A model generated the notes under the pieces. It did not search any database. It saw nothing but the letters and a program-made list of their open reading frames with translations, and was not told the DNA's origin. From contig JABIDK010000005.1 in the NCBI GenBank assembly GCA_018651725.1, forward strand, positions 64 to 64,063: a stretch of 64,000 nucleotides of DNA, in the 5' to 3' direction. A program made the position numbers and the translations under genes. This document shows positions 27,862 to 39,769 of the stretch, piece after piece (the first letter of the stretch is position 1; each line of letters begins with the position of its first letter). Source of the DNA: Candidatus Falkowbacteria bacterium (GTDB lineage: Bacteria; Patescibacteriota; Patescibacteriia; JAACEG01).

Positions 27862-28163
27862 ATAGCTTTTTCTTTTTTTAATAATTTTATTTTTTGTTTT
27901 GTCCCTTTGCGGTAACCCCCAATTTCTCCGCTAGATTTTATAACACGATGGCAAGGGATTTTAGGATCATAATTTTTATTCAAAATATTGCCAACAGCGC
28001 GGTAGGCTTTTGGCGAGTCAGACTTAACAGCTACTTGTTTATAAGTCATTGTTTTTCCTTTTGGAATTTTCCTAACTGTTCTTAAAACTTTATTCTTAAA
28101 AACAGACGGCGTTCTATAAGCCGGAGATCCCTTTTTATTTCCAATTTTAGCTCTATTTTTCAT
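27858..28163 (-). CDS. ogt: methylated-DNA--protein-cysteine methyltransferase, C-terminal domain only (101 aa)
   Basis: Active-site PCHRVI motif, preceding HTH-like TYKQVAV ... YRAVGNIL. Confidence 0.8.
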   Translation of the reverse strand: MKNRAKIGNKKGSPAYRTPSVFKNKVLRTVRKIPKGKTMTYKQVAVKSDSPKAYRAVGNILNKNYDPKIPCHRVIKSSGEIGGYRKGTKQKIKLLKKEKAI

Positions 28164-28627
28164 AAAAAATTTATCTGATTTATATTGTTATTATATATAT
28201 AGTAGAATCCCTTGACAAGTTTTTTTTATTTGTTATTATTAGAAACAGTTTAATCATATTACTTTATGATACAAATAAAAACTTTTTTCTTATATTCAAG
28301 CGGTTGATTGTCCTGTTGTTTTTTGTTCTTTTTGAAGCCGCTAACAAGAGCGGTTTTTTTAATCTTTAAAAATTTGACAGTCGATATAAGGTTTTGCCAA
28401 AGGCGTAACTTTGTACCGGTTGTTAATGATAGAACGTTGACAATTTAATAGCGAGTAACACAAGTTTGAATTTATTACACTCCAGTCGTAATAAATTTAT
28501 AAGTAAACTCATTTGAGTTTACGATTAAACGAGCATTTATTTTTTATCTCTATAATTTTTATAGAGGTAGCCAAAGTTTTTGCGGTTAATTTTAGATTCG
28601 TTCTCGAATGAATCTAAAGAAAGAAAA

Positions 28628-31605
<2,978 letters not shown>

Positions 31606-31798
31606 TTTTTTCTTTCTTAACCAACTTAGTTTCAGTTTCCACTGAAATTGGGTTGGTATTGAATTAATCGCAAAAACTTTGGCTATTAAAGTTTATACTT
31701 TGTTGCCTCGCTCTTTATAACGGGACTGTTGTCAATTGCTGGTATATCTATCAATATAACAGTAGTTGATAACAGTCCCAACATGAAAAAGTGCCAAA

Positions 31799-31909
31799 AT
31801 TCTGGTGATACTAGCAAGAGGGCCACACCTGTTCCCATCCCGAACACAGAAGTTAAGCCTCTTAGCGCCGATGATACTGCATAGCGGGAAAGTAGGTCAT
31901 CGCCAGAAT
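31799..31909 (+). rRNA. rrf: 5S ribosomal RNA
   Basis: CCTGTTCCCATCCCGAACACAGAAGTTAAGC ... GGGAAAGTAGGTCATCGCCAGA; 5' TCTGGTGAT pairs with 3' ATCGCCAGA. Confidence 0.85.
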
Positions 31910-31935
31910 TTTGGTACTTTTTTAATTTTAAATTT

Positions 31936-31978
31936 AAAAAGGCCTTTGTCAGTTTTGACAAAGGCCTGTTTTTTTTAG
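31936..31978 (+). terminator. intrinsic terminator of the rRNA operon
   Basis: AGGCCTTTGTCAGTTTTGACAAAGGCCT hairpin followed by GTTTTTTTT. Confidence 0.85.
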
Positions 31979-31995
31979 TTATTTTTTAATTCCCC

Positions 31996-33264
31996 CTAAT
32001 GTTTTGGTAAAGATATGATAACACAGTTGTCATTAAATGAGTACTTTACTCCCATTTTGTACAAAATTTGGAAGGAAGCCATCAACTCTAAGTCATCTCC
32101 TCGATGGTCGCAATCTTTCTCAGATGCAGATCTTTTTGTTAAACTGGTGTATTTTTCCAGTAAGGACATATCTGCGTTTGCCTGGCAAAAATGGATGTTA
32201 ATTCCTTCTCCCTGAATTTTTTCATAGTGAATTTCAACCAAACCGTCGTTTATAGTCAGTAGTTTTTTAAGTAATCTCCCGGAGAATTTTTCTATTTTTC
32301 TCCGATCAACCAAGAAATTTACATCGTCTATTTTTTGCCAGACAACTTTTTCTTTTCCGTGTTCTAACTGTAAGTAGTGTATGAGTTGAGAAAGAAAATA
32401 TTTCTCGTTGTTTATTTCTTCGGTCTTGTTCATATCGTTAGACACTGCACCGAAAATTTTCAGCGCTTCATCTACCCGGCTAGAGCTTTCGACAATTGGT
32501 TGAGCTTTTTCCAGACATTTTTTACAAGCGCTGTCGTCACCGTTATCGCAATGTTTTTTACAGATAATATTTGCCAGTCCACCGGCAGCCATGCTAGGAT
32601 TTTTAATAGAGTGATCAAAATAAGTCATCATACCTTGAAGAGTTTTAGCTTCAATAATATGAGCAATTTTTTGAAATTCTTCCTCAAACCACGATAACTC
32701 TCTTTCAATAGCCACTATCTCCTGCCCAACAGCGTCGATAAACCTTCTTTCGTCTTTACTAATTTCCATTTTTTTGCCGGTAGCATCAACGATTACAAAC
32801 CAAGTACCGCGAGGAGTTTCCACCATTGTATAGTAAATGGCGTTTATTTCCTCGTTCTTGATAAGATCCAACATGTATTCTGTTAGAGGATTTTCCAAGG
32901 GGTCTGTTATGTATTCACTGTCCACTTTCCGTCTTATTATAGAAGACAATGGCGGCGGAATGTTTTTTAAGGAGGTATCTCTTTGTGGTGGATGTCTGCC
33001 TGATATTCCCACCGATATTATTTTATACTCCTCCTCTGTTATTTGGCTGATTATGGCACGATTACCTTTTTTGCCTCCTTGAAGCGCCAGTAAAAGCCCT
33101 TTTGGCAGTTTTTGAAAAAGATCGTCAAAATCTTCCCACCTTGTTTTTTCTCTAACCCAAACTAAAAGATCCCATTTTTCAATAAAAAATCCATCATTAG
33201 CCCCTGTTTCTGTAATTTGCCCTTCAACCCCTAAACTTGTTTCTGATAAAATATTTTTTTCCAT
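31996..33264 (-). CDS. hypothetical cytoplasmic protein with a possible degenerate GHKL/histidine-kinase-like ATPase C-terminus and a CxxxC...CxxC cluster
   Basis: C-terminal RLLKKLLTINDGLVEIH ... GDDLELMASFQILYKMG loosely matches N-box/G2-box spacing; CKKHCDNGDDSACKKC. Weak assignment. Confidence 0.4.
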   Translation of the reverse strand: MEKNILSETSLGVEGQITETGANDGFFIEKWDLLVWVREKTRWEDFDDLFQKLPKGLLLALQGGKKGNRAIISQITEEEYKIISVGISGRHPPQRDTSLKNIPPPLSSIIRRKVDSEYITDPLENPLTEYMLDLIKNEEINAIYYTMVETPRGTWFVIVDATGKKMEISKDERRFIDAVGQEIVAIERELSWFEEEFQKIAHIIEAKTLQGMMTYFDHSIKNPSMAAGGLANIICKKHCDNGDDSACKKCLEKAQPIVESSSRVDEALKIFGAVSNDMNKTEEINNEKYFLSQLIHYLQLEHGKEKVVWQKIDDVNFLVDRRKIEKFSGRLLKKLLTINDGLVEIHYEKIQGEGINIHFCQANADMSLLEKYTSLTKRSASEKDCDHRGDDLELMASFQILYKMGVKYSFNDNCVIISLPKH

Positions 33265-33370
33265 TTTTCTTCCCCCTAAAATATATTTTTTAAATTGTGA
33301 GTGTACAATAAGTCTATTTTTCTATTATTAAATCAAATATCTATAAAAAAGCAATAGTTTTTATAATAAT

Positions 33371-34717
33371 TTAAACCTTTTTCTTTTTTCTTAGTTTGAT
33401 CGTCGACACCTCTGCCAGTTGTATTCCATCTAGTTCTCCGCTCTCTATAATATCAAGAACAGCTTTTATTTTAGAAGCGTAGTTAAAGTTTTCCGTTAGT
33501 CCTTTTGTTCTGGCAATGCGTTCAAAAATCTTTTTTCTGTGTTCAAAATTTTCCAAAGGAATTTTTATTTCTTCACCCGGCTGTATATTATCGGGGTCAG
33601 AAATATTATTATATTCAGCCAGTTTCAGATAGTTTTTAATATAAAATTTACTACTTATTTTTGATAAAATTTCATTATTGCCAACTGTGTAGGTATAATA
33701 AGGCTCCTCTCTTAATTCTTTTCTTATTTTATTGGTTTTGTTTATCATGTAATCAATAAAACTGACTCGAGTCCTTTCATCTTTATTGGGAGTTTTTCTG
33801 ATATATTCATAGATAAATCCACCATTATAACCGCAGGCCATTAATTCACGATCATTTATTTTTCCGCTTAACTCCTCAAAAAATTTAGCACAAGCCTCAG
33901 CGCTTTTAATCGGATCAAAGCGATTGTCTATGGTTTTCCCGTTTTTTTCATACACCAGTCCATAAAGCCTGGCGGTACTTTCTATAAATTGATAGGCGCC
34001 GCGAGCATTAGCCGGTGAAACTGATTTTTCATTAAATCCGCCGGACTCCGGTATGGCAACATAGGCCAGATTTCCTGAAAGACCTTTTTTAACAAAAGGA
34101 TTTTTAAGTTCATATATTTTTTGTTGCATTTTTAAATAACCCTCTACCAGCTCTTGCCATTTTTTTCCTCCCTTGCTATATTTTTCAAGCCAAATTTGGT
34201 CGAGATTTTCCACTAATTTTTCCGCATCCCAATCAATGTCAGTTTCAGCTTCAAAACTAAAAACATCGGCAATTGTTGGCTGTATTTCATCTTGTTTTTC
34301 ATCTTCTCTCGCCATTTTATTGTCCGCAGGATCTCGCTGTGGCAGTGATTGTTTTTCTTCAAAATTTTCCCGAGCTTCTCGATGCAAAGCCTCCACCAAA
34401 GCCTTAAGATTTTCATTTTCAATCTTAATCTGCTCCGATGTTGGCTCTAGTTCTTCCTCTGATTTTTGATTTTTATCGTCTTCAATAGTCGGTAAATTTT
34501 TCTCGTTGTTTTTTAAACGCTCTATTCCTTCAGGAATAAGCGAACCCACGAACGCCCCTAGACCTATTTTAATCAACTTTCTCCTAGTTAGCTTATTTGT
34601 TTCATCATCTTTTTTAACTTTATCTTCAGTTGATTTTTTTTCGGCTAATTTTTTCTCTTTGCGTGCTTTTTTTATCTCGTCATGATCGTTAAGTGGTGAA
34701 ATTTTTTCAAAATTCAT
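33371..34717 (-). CDS. lytic transglycosylase (SLT domain) with C-terminal LysM domain and N-terminal RR-type signal/anchor
   Basis: ESGGFNEKSVSPANARGAYQFIESTARLYG (catalytic E-S and AxGxxQ); LysM YTVGNNEILSKISSKF ... IQPGEEIKIP; RRKLIKIGLGAFVGSL. Confidence 0.75.
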   Translation of the reverse strand: MNFEKISPLNDHDEIKKARKEKKLAEKKSTEDKVKKDDETNKLTRRKLIKIGLGAFVGSLIPEGIERLKNNEKNLPTIEDDKNQKSEEELEPTSEQIKIENENLKALVEALHREARENFEEKQSLPQRDPADNKMAREDEKQDEIQPTIADVFSFEAETDIDWDAEKLVENLDQIWLEKYSKGGKKWQELVEGYLKMQQKIYELKNPFVKKGLSGNLAYVAIPESGGFNEKSVSPANARGAYQFIESTARLYGLVYEKNGKTIDNRFDPIKSAEACAKFFEELSGKINDRELMACGYNGGFIYEYIRKTPNKDERTRVSFIDYMINKTNKIRKELREEPYYTYTVGNNEILSKISSKFYIKNYLKLAEYNNISDPDNIQPGEEIKIPLENFEHRKKIFERIARTKGLTENFNYASKIKAVLDIIESGELDGIQLAEVSTIKLRKKKKV

Positions 34718-34766
34718 ATTTTATAAAATTAAGAATATATTAATATTTAACTACAATTTAAAATTA

Positions 34767-34795
34767 TTGACAATATAGGAAGTTTTTTATATACT
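34767..34795 (+). promoter_or_regulatory. consensus sigma70-type promoter
   Basis: TTGACA (34767-34772), 17-nt spacer, TATACT (34790-34795). Confidence 0.7.
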
Positions 34796-34830
34796 AATCT
34801 TAGCTCATTTGTTATAAAAATACAAAATAA

Positions 34831-34981
34831 AAGGAGGTGATTATTTGATTGTAATGTCAAGAGTATCTAGCGTGTAAAACGCCGATAGGCCTTTGAGGGG
34901 TAGGCGAAAAATCCCTCACAAAAAGAAAAACACTCAAAATAACAAGGGCTGGGGACTTAGAGTCTGCCAGCCCTCTTTTTA
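34831..34981 (+). promoter_or_regulatory. leader peptide (M)IVMSRVSSV* plus hairpin plus intrinsic terminator: candidate attenuator upstream of the ABC-2 exporter
   Basis: SD AGGAGG 34832-34837; TTG 34845 or ATG 34854; TAA 34875-34877; hairpin TGAGGG/CCCTCA (34894-34919); terminator AGGGCTGG(34945-34952)/CCAGCCCT(34967-34974) followed by CTTTTTATT. Confidence 0.6.
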
Positions 34982-35022
34982 TTAAAATTGAAAAATTATT
35001 AGCAATAGATTATACTCAATAT

Positions 35023-36000
35023 ATGAACAAAATCATTGAAGTAAAAAATTTAACCAAAACCTACGACTACTTTAAGAAAGAGCCGGGGCTTAAGAATTCT
35101 TTTAAGAATTTATTTAAACGAAAAAAGCTTTTTAAAAAAGCCGTGGATGATATTAGTTTTGATATTAATGAAGGTGAGATCGTTGGTTTTTTGGGGCCCA
35201 ACGGAGCCGGCAAAACCACCACCTTAAAAATGCTCTCCGGGATTTTAACACCAAACAAAGGAGAAATAAAAGTTTTGGATTATAACCCGGAAAAAAGAGA
35301 AGCTGAATATCAGAGACAGTTTGCTTTAGTTATGGGACAAAAAAATCAGCTTTGGTGGGATCTGCCGCCAATGGAAAGTTTTTTATTGAACAAAGAAATC
35401 TACGGAGTTTCAAAGCAAGAGTTTACTGAAAATTTAGACGAGCTTGTTAAAGCTTTAAAAATAGAAGATATAATAGATAAGCAAGTTAGAAAATTGTCCT
35501 TAGGCGAGCGAATGAAAAGCGAGCTGGTAGCATCGCTTCTGCACAGCCCTAAAGTTTTATTTTTAGACGAGCCAACCATTGGCTTAGACGTGATAGCACA
35601 AAAAAATATCAGAGACTTTCTTAAAAAGTACAACCAAAAAAGAAAAACCACAATTTTGCTGACCTCACATTATATGGAAGACATCGTCGCGCTTTGCGAT
35701 CGGCTTATTATTATCAACGAAGGAAAAATAATTTATAATGGTTCGATAAATGATTTAATGAAAAAATACGCACCCAATAAAATGATAACCGTCTTTTTTG
35801 AAAAAGAAATTTCAGCCAATGAATTGAAAAAGTTGGATAAAGTTTATAAAATAGAAGACTGTAAAGTTTTGTTCAAAGTTTCAAGAGAGGAAGTCAAAAA
35901 TTTCGCCACTAAAATTCTTTCCTCAGATTTACCCGTCAAAGACATCGAAATCAGCGAGGTAGATGTTGACAGCATAATCCGAAACGTCTTTACAGGGTAG
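35023..36000 (+). CDS. ABC transporter ATP-binding protein
   Basis: Walker A GPNGAGKTT, signature LSLGERMK, Walker B VLFLDEPT. Confidence 0.9.
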   Translation: MNKIIEVKNLTKTYDYFKKEPGLKNSFKNLFKRKKLFKKAVDDISFDINEGEIVGFLGPNGAGKTTTLKMLSGILTPNKGEIKVLDYNPEKREAEYQRQFALVMGQKNQLWWDLPPMESFLLNKEIYGVSKQEFTENLDELVKALKIEDIIDKQVRKLSLGERMKSELVASLLHSPKVLFLDEPTIGLDVIAQKNIRDFLKKYNQKRKTTILLTSHYMEDIVALCDRLIIINEGKIIYNGSINDLMKKYAPNKMITVFFEKEISANELKKLDKVYKIEDCKVLFKVSREEVKNFATKILSSDLPVKDIEISEVDVDSIIRNVFTG

Positions 36001-36005
36001 CGCTT

Positions 36006-36794
36006 ATGTCCAAATATCTTTTAATTTTTTACAACAGCATTCAGAGAAGTTTAATCTATCGCTTCAACACCTTCTCTCTTTTGTTTATCCAAATTTTTGT
36101 TTTTGGAGTATTTTTTTATTTGTGGAGTTCTATTTACAGAGAGGGCGGGCAAATCGGCAACTATAGCTTGGGCGAAATGGTTACCTATTATTTTTTGGTA
36201 ATTTTTTTAAGTTTAATTATCAAGGCCGATGTGGCTTGGCGAGTCGGCGATGAAATTCGCCTAGGAACAATGACCACGATTTTACTTCGCCCAATTAGTT
36301 ATTTTGGCTATACATTTTCCAGGCTGGCAGGAGAAATTGTTTTTAACACAGCAGTATATTTTTCTTCTTTTTTAATTCTATTTTTATTTTTAAAAGATTA
36401 TTTAAATATTTCTCTTAACTTGGAGCAAGTTTCGTTTTTTCTGGTTTCAGTTATATTGGGAACAGCTATATATTTTTTATTTTTCTATATGGTCGGGCTG
36501 TCAACTTTTTGGTTTGGTTTTGTTTGGGGATTTAATTTTACTATGAGTATGATCGTTAGTTTTCTGGAGGGAGCAGTTATTCCTTTAGACCTGCTGCCTG
36601 AATTTATAACAAGAATGTCAAATTTTTTACCATTTAAATATATTATGTTCACCCCGATTTCAATCTTTACCAAACGAACGGAGCTAACTTTAGACTTGCT
36701 TATTATCCCACTCGTCTGGGTGATTGCATTATATTTTATTTCCTTAATTATGTTTAAAATCGGTGTTAAAAAATATGAAGGCTATGGAGCTTAA
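36006..36794 (+). CDS. ABC-2-type transporter permease (6 TM)
   Basis: Hydrophobic 262-aa protein immediately downstream of the ATPase. Confidence 0.7.
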   Translation: MSKYLLIFYNSIQRSLIYRFNTFSLLFIQIFVFGVFFYLWSSIYREGGQIGNYSLGEMVTYYFLVIFLSLIIKADVAWRVGDEIRLGTMTTILLRPISYFGYTFSRLAGEIVFNTAVYFSSFLILFLFLKDYLNISLNLEQVSFFLVSVILGTAIYFLFFYMVGLSTFWFGFVWGFNFTMSMIVSFLEGAVIPLDLLPEFITRMSNFLPFKYIMFTPISIFTKRTELTLDLLIIPLVWVIALYFISLIMFKIGVKKYEGYGA

Positions 36795-37596
36795 AAAAAC
36801 CTTTCTAAAATATTTTAAAATATTTTTACATCTGCAAAAAATTGGGTTAATGAGCAGGACCGCCTACAGAGCCAATTTTTTTATTATTATTTTTGCTGTT
36901 TTGATTCAAGCATCGTTTAGTTTGATTTTTATAAAAGTTGTCTTTGGTTTTTTAAACAATATTTCCGGCTGGAACTACTACGAAGCTCTGGTGATTGTCG
37001 CAACTTATTTGATAGTCGAAGGGTTGATGTGGGTTTTGTTTGGGCAGTTTAATACGATTGTTAAGCAAATACAACAGGGCGAGCTGGACGGATTAATCGT
37101 CAGGCCAATAGACACGCAGTTTCTAGTTTCTGTCTGGCGCGGAGACTCGGAGGATATAGTAAGAATAATCACCGGGCTCGGAGTAATTGTTTACGCGCTA
37201 AATAATTTGAATTTAACTTTAACGCAGATAACAGTTAATTCGTTTTTCTATATTTTTATGCTTTTTAATGCTTTAGTTATAACCTACAGCTTGGCGGTTT
37301 TATTTAAAACCATCAGCATCTGGACCATCGAAGCCAGAGCCTTTTTCCATTTAACGGATTCATTTTCCAGAATGAGCCAGTACCCGACTGATATTTTTTA
37401 TCACAAAATAGTCCAAACAATCGCCACTGTTATTATCCCGTTATTTTTTATGGCAACCGTGCCGGCAAAAATTTTAACCAGAGGCTTTGATTTAAAAATA
37501 GTCCTAAGTTCATTCATAATCGCCGGAGTATTTTTCTACATCTCCAGAAAATTTTTTCAATTCGCTCTTACCAAGTACGAAAGTGCCAGCTCTTGA
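36763..37596 (+). CDS. ABC-2-type transporter permease, second subunit (6 TM)
   Basis: Hydrophobic 277-aa protein overlapping the previous permease; ATPase plus two permeases resembles SagGHI/McbEF-like exporters. Confidence 0.7.
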   Translation: MLKNMKAMELKKTFLKYFKIFLHLQKIGLMSRTAYRANFFIIIFAVLIQASFSLIFIKVVFGFLNNISGWNYYEALVIVATYLIVEGLMWVLFGQFNTIVKQIQQGELDGLIVRPIDTQFLVSVWRGDSEDIVRIITGLGVIVYALNNLNLTLTQITVNSFFYIFMLFNALVITYSLAVLFKTISIWTIEARAFFHLTDSFSRMSQYPTDIFYHKIVQTIATVIIPLFFMATVPAKILTRGFDLKIVLSSFIIAGVFFYISRKFFQFALTKYESASS

Positions 37597-37676
37597 CTTT
37601 TTCACTATTTCTGCTAAGATAGATAGAAGTTTTTAATCGTACATTCAATCAAAAATCATAATAAGGAGAAGGAAAA

Positions 37677-38450
37677 ATGGAGCAACGAGTTAGTTTTGAG
37701 AAGTTTATGGAGCAACCTGTTTTTAACCGCGATAACGCTGAAAAAACAGGAGTTGAGCTAGAGGGTTATGTCTACGAGAACGGAGTGATTGTTCCACGCG
37801 GACCGGAAATCGTGGAGGCAATTAACGATCCGGAGTTAGCGAGCTGCGAACTACCTGCTTGTCAGATAGAGATAAAAACATTGCCATGCAAGGTAAAAAA
37901 TTTGAAATGGTATCTCTACGGTGGGAGAGCTATTCTGCAAGATGCAGCAGAAAGATTAGGATTGAGTTATTCATTTGATGCAATTGCTCCAGCCGACATT
38001 CCACTTGAAATTTCACCGGACAAGAGACACCAAGACATTGCTAAAAAACTATCTCACGAAAAACTTTTAGCAGGATCAAGGGTTGCCAGTACCCAGTTTC
38101 ACTTTGGGATGCGGGACAAAGAAGAAGCTTTAAAAGTTTATAATTTTTTGATTCAGCATTGTTATTATTTAATAAGTCTCGGAGACATATCTAAGGGTAG
38201 AAGACTAAATCTTTATGGTCGAGTTTATCCTGACTTTATGCCTCGCGCCTATCATGATTGGTATGAATTATACAGAGACGCTTGTGATCGAAATTTCGCA
38301 AATGATATCCGCAATTGGTGGGACATGATTCGTATTACCCGTTTTGGGACAATCGAATTACGGATGTTCGACTCTACTCCTGATATCGAAAGAATTCTCC
38401 ATTGGAACAGGGTATGTTTTCATTTCGTGAAAGAAGCGTTAAATTCATAA
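37677..38450 (+). CDS. GCS2-family carboxylate-amine ligase (YbdK / gamma-glutamyl-cysteine-ligase-like), short 257 aa, GC-rich
   Basis: Ordered motifs TGVELEGYV, ELPACQIEIKT, STQFHFGM, RVYPDFMP, WWDMIRITRFGTIELRMFD parallel YbdK GIELEM / ESMLELAT / GQHVHVG / FPDNGP / HWDIRPSPHFGTVEVRVMD. Confidence 0.6.
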   Translation: MEQRVSFEKFMEQPVFNRDNAEKTGVELEGYVYENGVIVPRGPEIVEAINDPELASCELPACQIEIKTLPCKVKNLKWYLYGGRAILQDAAERLGLSYSFDAIAPADIPLEISPDKRHQDIAKKLSHEKLLAGSRVASTQFHFGMRDKEEALKVYNFLIQHCYYLISLGDISKGRRLNLYGRVYPDFMPRAYHDWYELYRDACDRNFANDIRNWWDMIRITRFGTIELRMFDSTPDIERILHWNRVCFHFVKEALNS

Positions 38451-38469
38451 TCCATAAACCTCAACCTAA

Positions 38470-38502
38470 GAGGGAGTCAGAAAAACCGACCCCTCTTTTT
38501 TT
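38470..38502 (+). terminator. intrinsic terminator after the ligase gene
   Basis: GAGGG AGTCAGAAAAACCGAC CCCTC followed by TTTTTTT. Confidence 0.7.
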
Positions 38503-38529
38503 ATTTTTTAAAAATGGTAAAATAAAAAC

Positions 38530-39765
38530 ATGTTAAAAAAATTACTACAACACAAAGAAAACTATAATCAAGAAAAAATAGAGTTTTTAAGCTTTACTTC
38601 TTTTTTGCTTGGTTTTTCCGGAGCGCTTTTGACCTATATCGTTTCTTCTTATTTTAAGGAAGTTTTAAACACCGATAATGTTGGTATCTTCTTTTTACTT
38701 TCCTATGTAATTTTTTTAATCGCTCTTCTTAATTTGCATAAGTTGATAAATTTGTGGGGAAAGGTAAAGGTTTTTTATATTTTCTTTTTTATTAGAACAA
38801 TATCTCTTTTGTTTTTGATTTTTTTACCGCCGTCTCCTCAAGCGTTGGTTTTCTTGGTTATTTACATAATTACTGAGGTAATGGGCTGGGTTAATTTGGA
38901 CACATTATTGGAGTCATTCTCAGCCGATAATATGTCCGGGCGAATTAGAGGACTTCATTTAACTGTTATGAATACGGGAATTTTGATAGCTCCGTTTTTT
39001 GCCACTCGAGTTTTAGAGCAATTTGATTATAAGGGATTATTTTTTGCAGTTTTCGTTGTGCACTTTTTGGTTTTTTCAATAACCTTAATGGGTTTTAGAG
39101 GAATTAACCATACCTTTCACAAAAAAGAAACCGTTCTTGCGCTCCTTAAAAGAGCCTGGCAGAGAAAAAACATCATCAGAATTTATTATATTTCTTTTAT
39201 CTTGGAGTTTTTCTACGCTATTATGATTATTTTTACTCCTTTATATTTACTGGGGCTTGGTTTTTCTTGGATACAAATAGGAACAATTTTTTCTATCATG
39301 CTTGTTCCTTTCGTCCTTATTCAATACCCAATTGGCATTCTTGCCGACAAAGAAACAGGCGAAAAAGAACTTATTGCTTTATCTCTTTTTATTATGGGTT
39401 TTTCAACATTAGCTTTTTACTATATAAAATCCACTGACATTTTTATTCTAGGAGCTATTTTATTTATGACCAGGGTAGGAGCATCGCTAATTGAGATTCT
39501 AAGAGATTCATATTTTTATAAAAGAATAGATTCTCGCGACATTGATTTAATCGATTTTTTTAGAACATCAAAATCACTAGCCTACATTCTAGCAGCCGGC
39601 GTGTCCTCTATTTTACTCTTGAAACTCCCAATAGATTTTCTATTTTTTTTCCTAGCAGTCGTAATATTTTCCGGGCTTTATCCAACTTTTAAATTAAAAG
39701 ACAATCAAAGCGAAAAGGAAATAAGAATTGGCAAAATGAAAATAAAAATCACAAAGAGTTTTTAA
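38530..39765 (+). CDS. MFS-type transporter (12 TM)
   Basis: 411 aa, two 6-TM halves, basic inter-domain loop. Confidence 0.6.
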   Translation: MLKKLLQHKENYNQEKIEFLSFTSFLLGFSGALLTYIVSSYFKEVLNTDNVGIFFLLSYVIFLIALLNLHKLINLWGKVKVFYIFFFIRTISLLFLIFLPPSPQALVFLVIYIITEVMGWVNLDTLLESFSADNMSGRIRGLHLTVMNTGILIAPFFATRVLEQFDYKGLFFAVFVVHFLVFSITLMGFRGINHTFHKKETVLALLKRAWQRKNIIRIYYISFILEFFYAIMIIFTPLYLLGLGFSWIQIGTIFSIMLVPFVLIQYPIGILADKETGEKELIALSLFIMGFSTLAFYYIKSTDIFILGAILFMTRVGASLIEILRDSYFYKRIDSRDIDLIDFFRTSKSLAYILAAGVSSILLLKLPIDFLFFFLAVVIFSGLYPTFKLKDNQSEKEIRIGKMKIKITKSF

Positions 39766-39769
39766 ATAT

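Noticed and set aside
28165-28625. tRNA-Ala or additional tRNA in the 23S leader; several TTGACA hexamers as rRNA promoters
   Set aside because: No cloverleaf could be folded in this region. The TTGACA hexamers lack convincing -10 partners at 16-18 nt, so individual promoter calls were not made.
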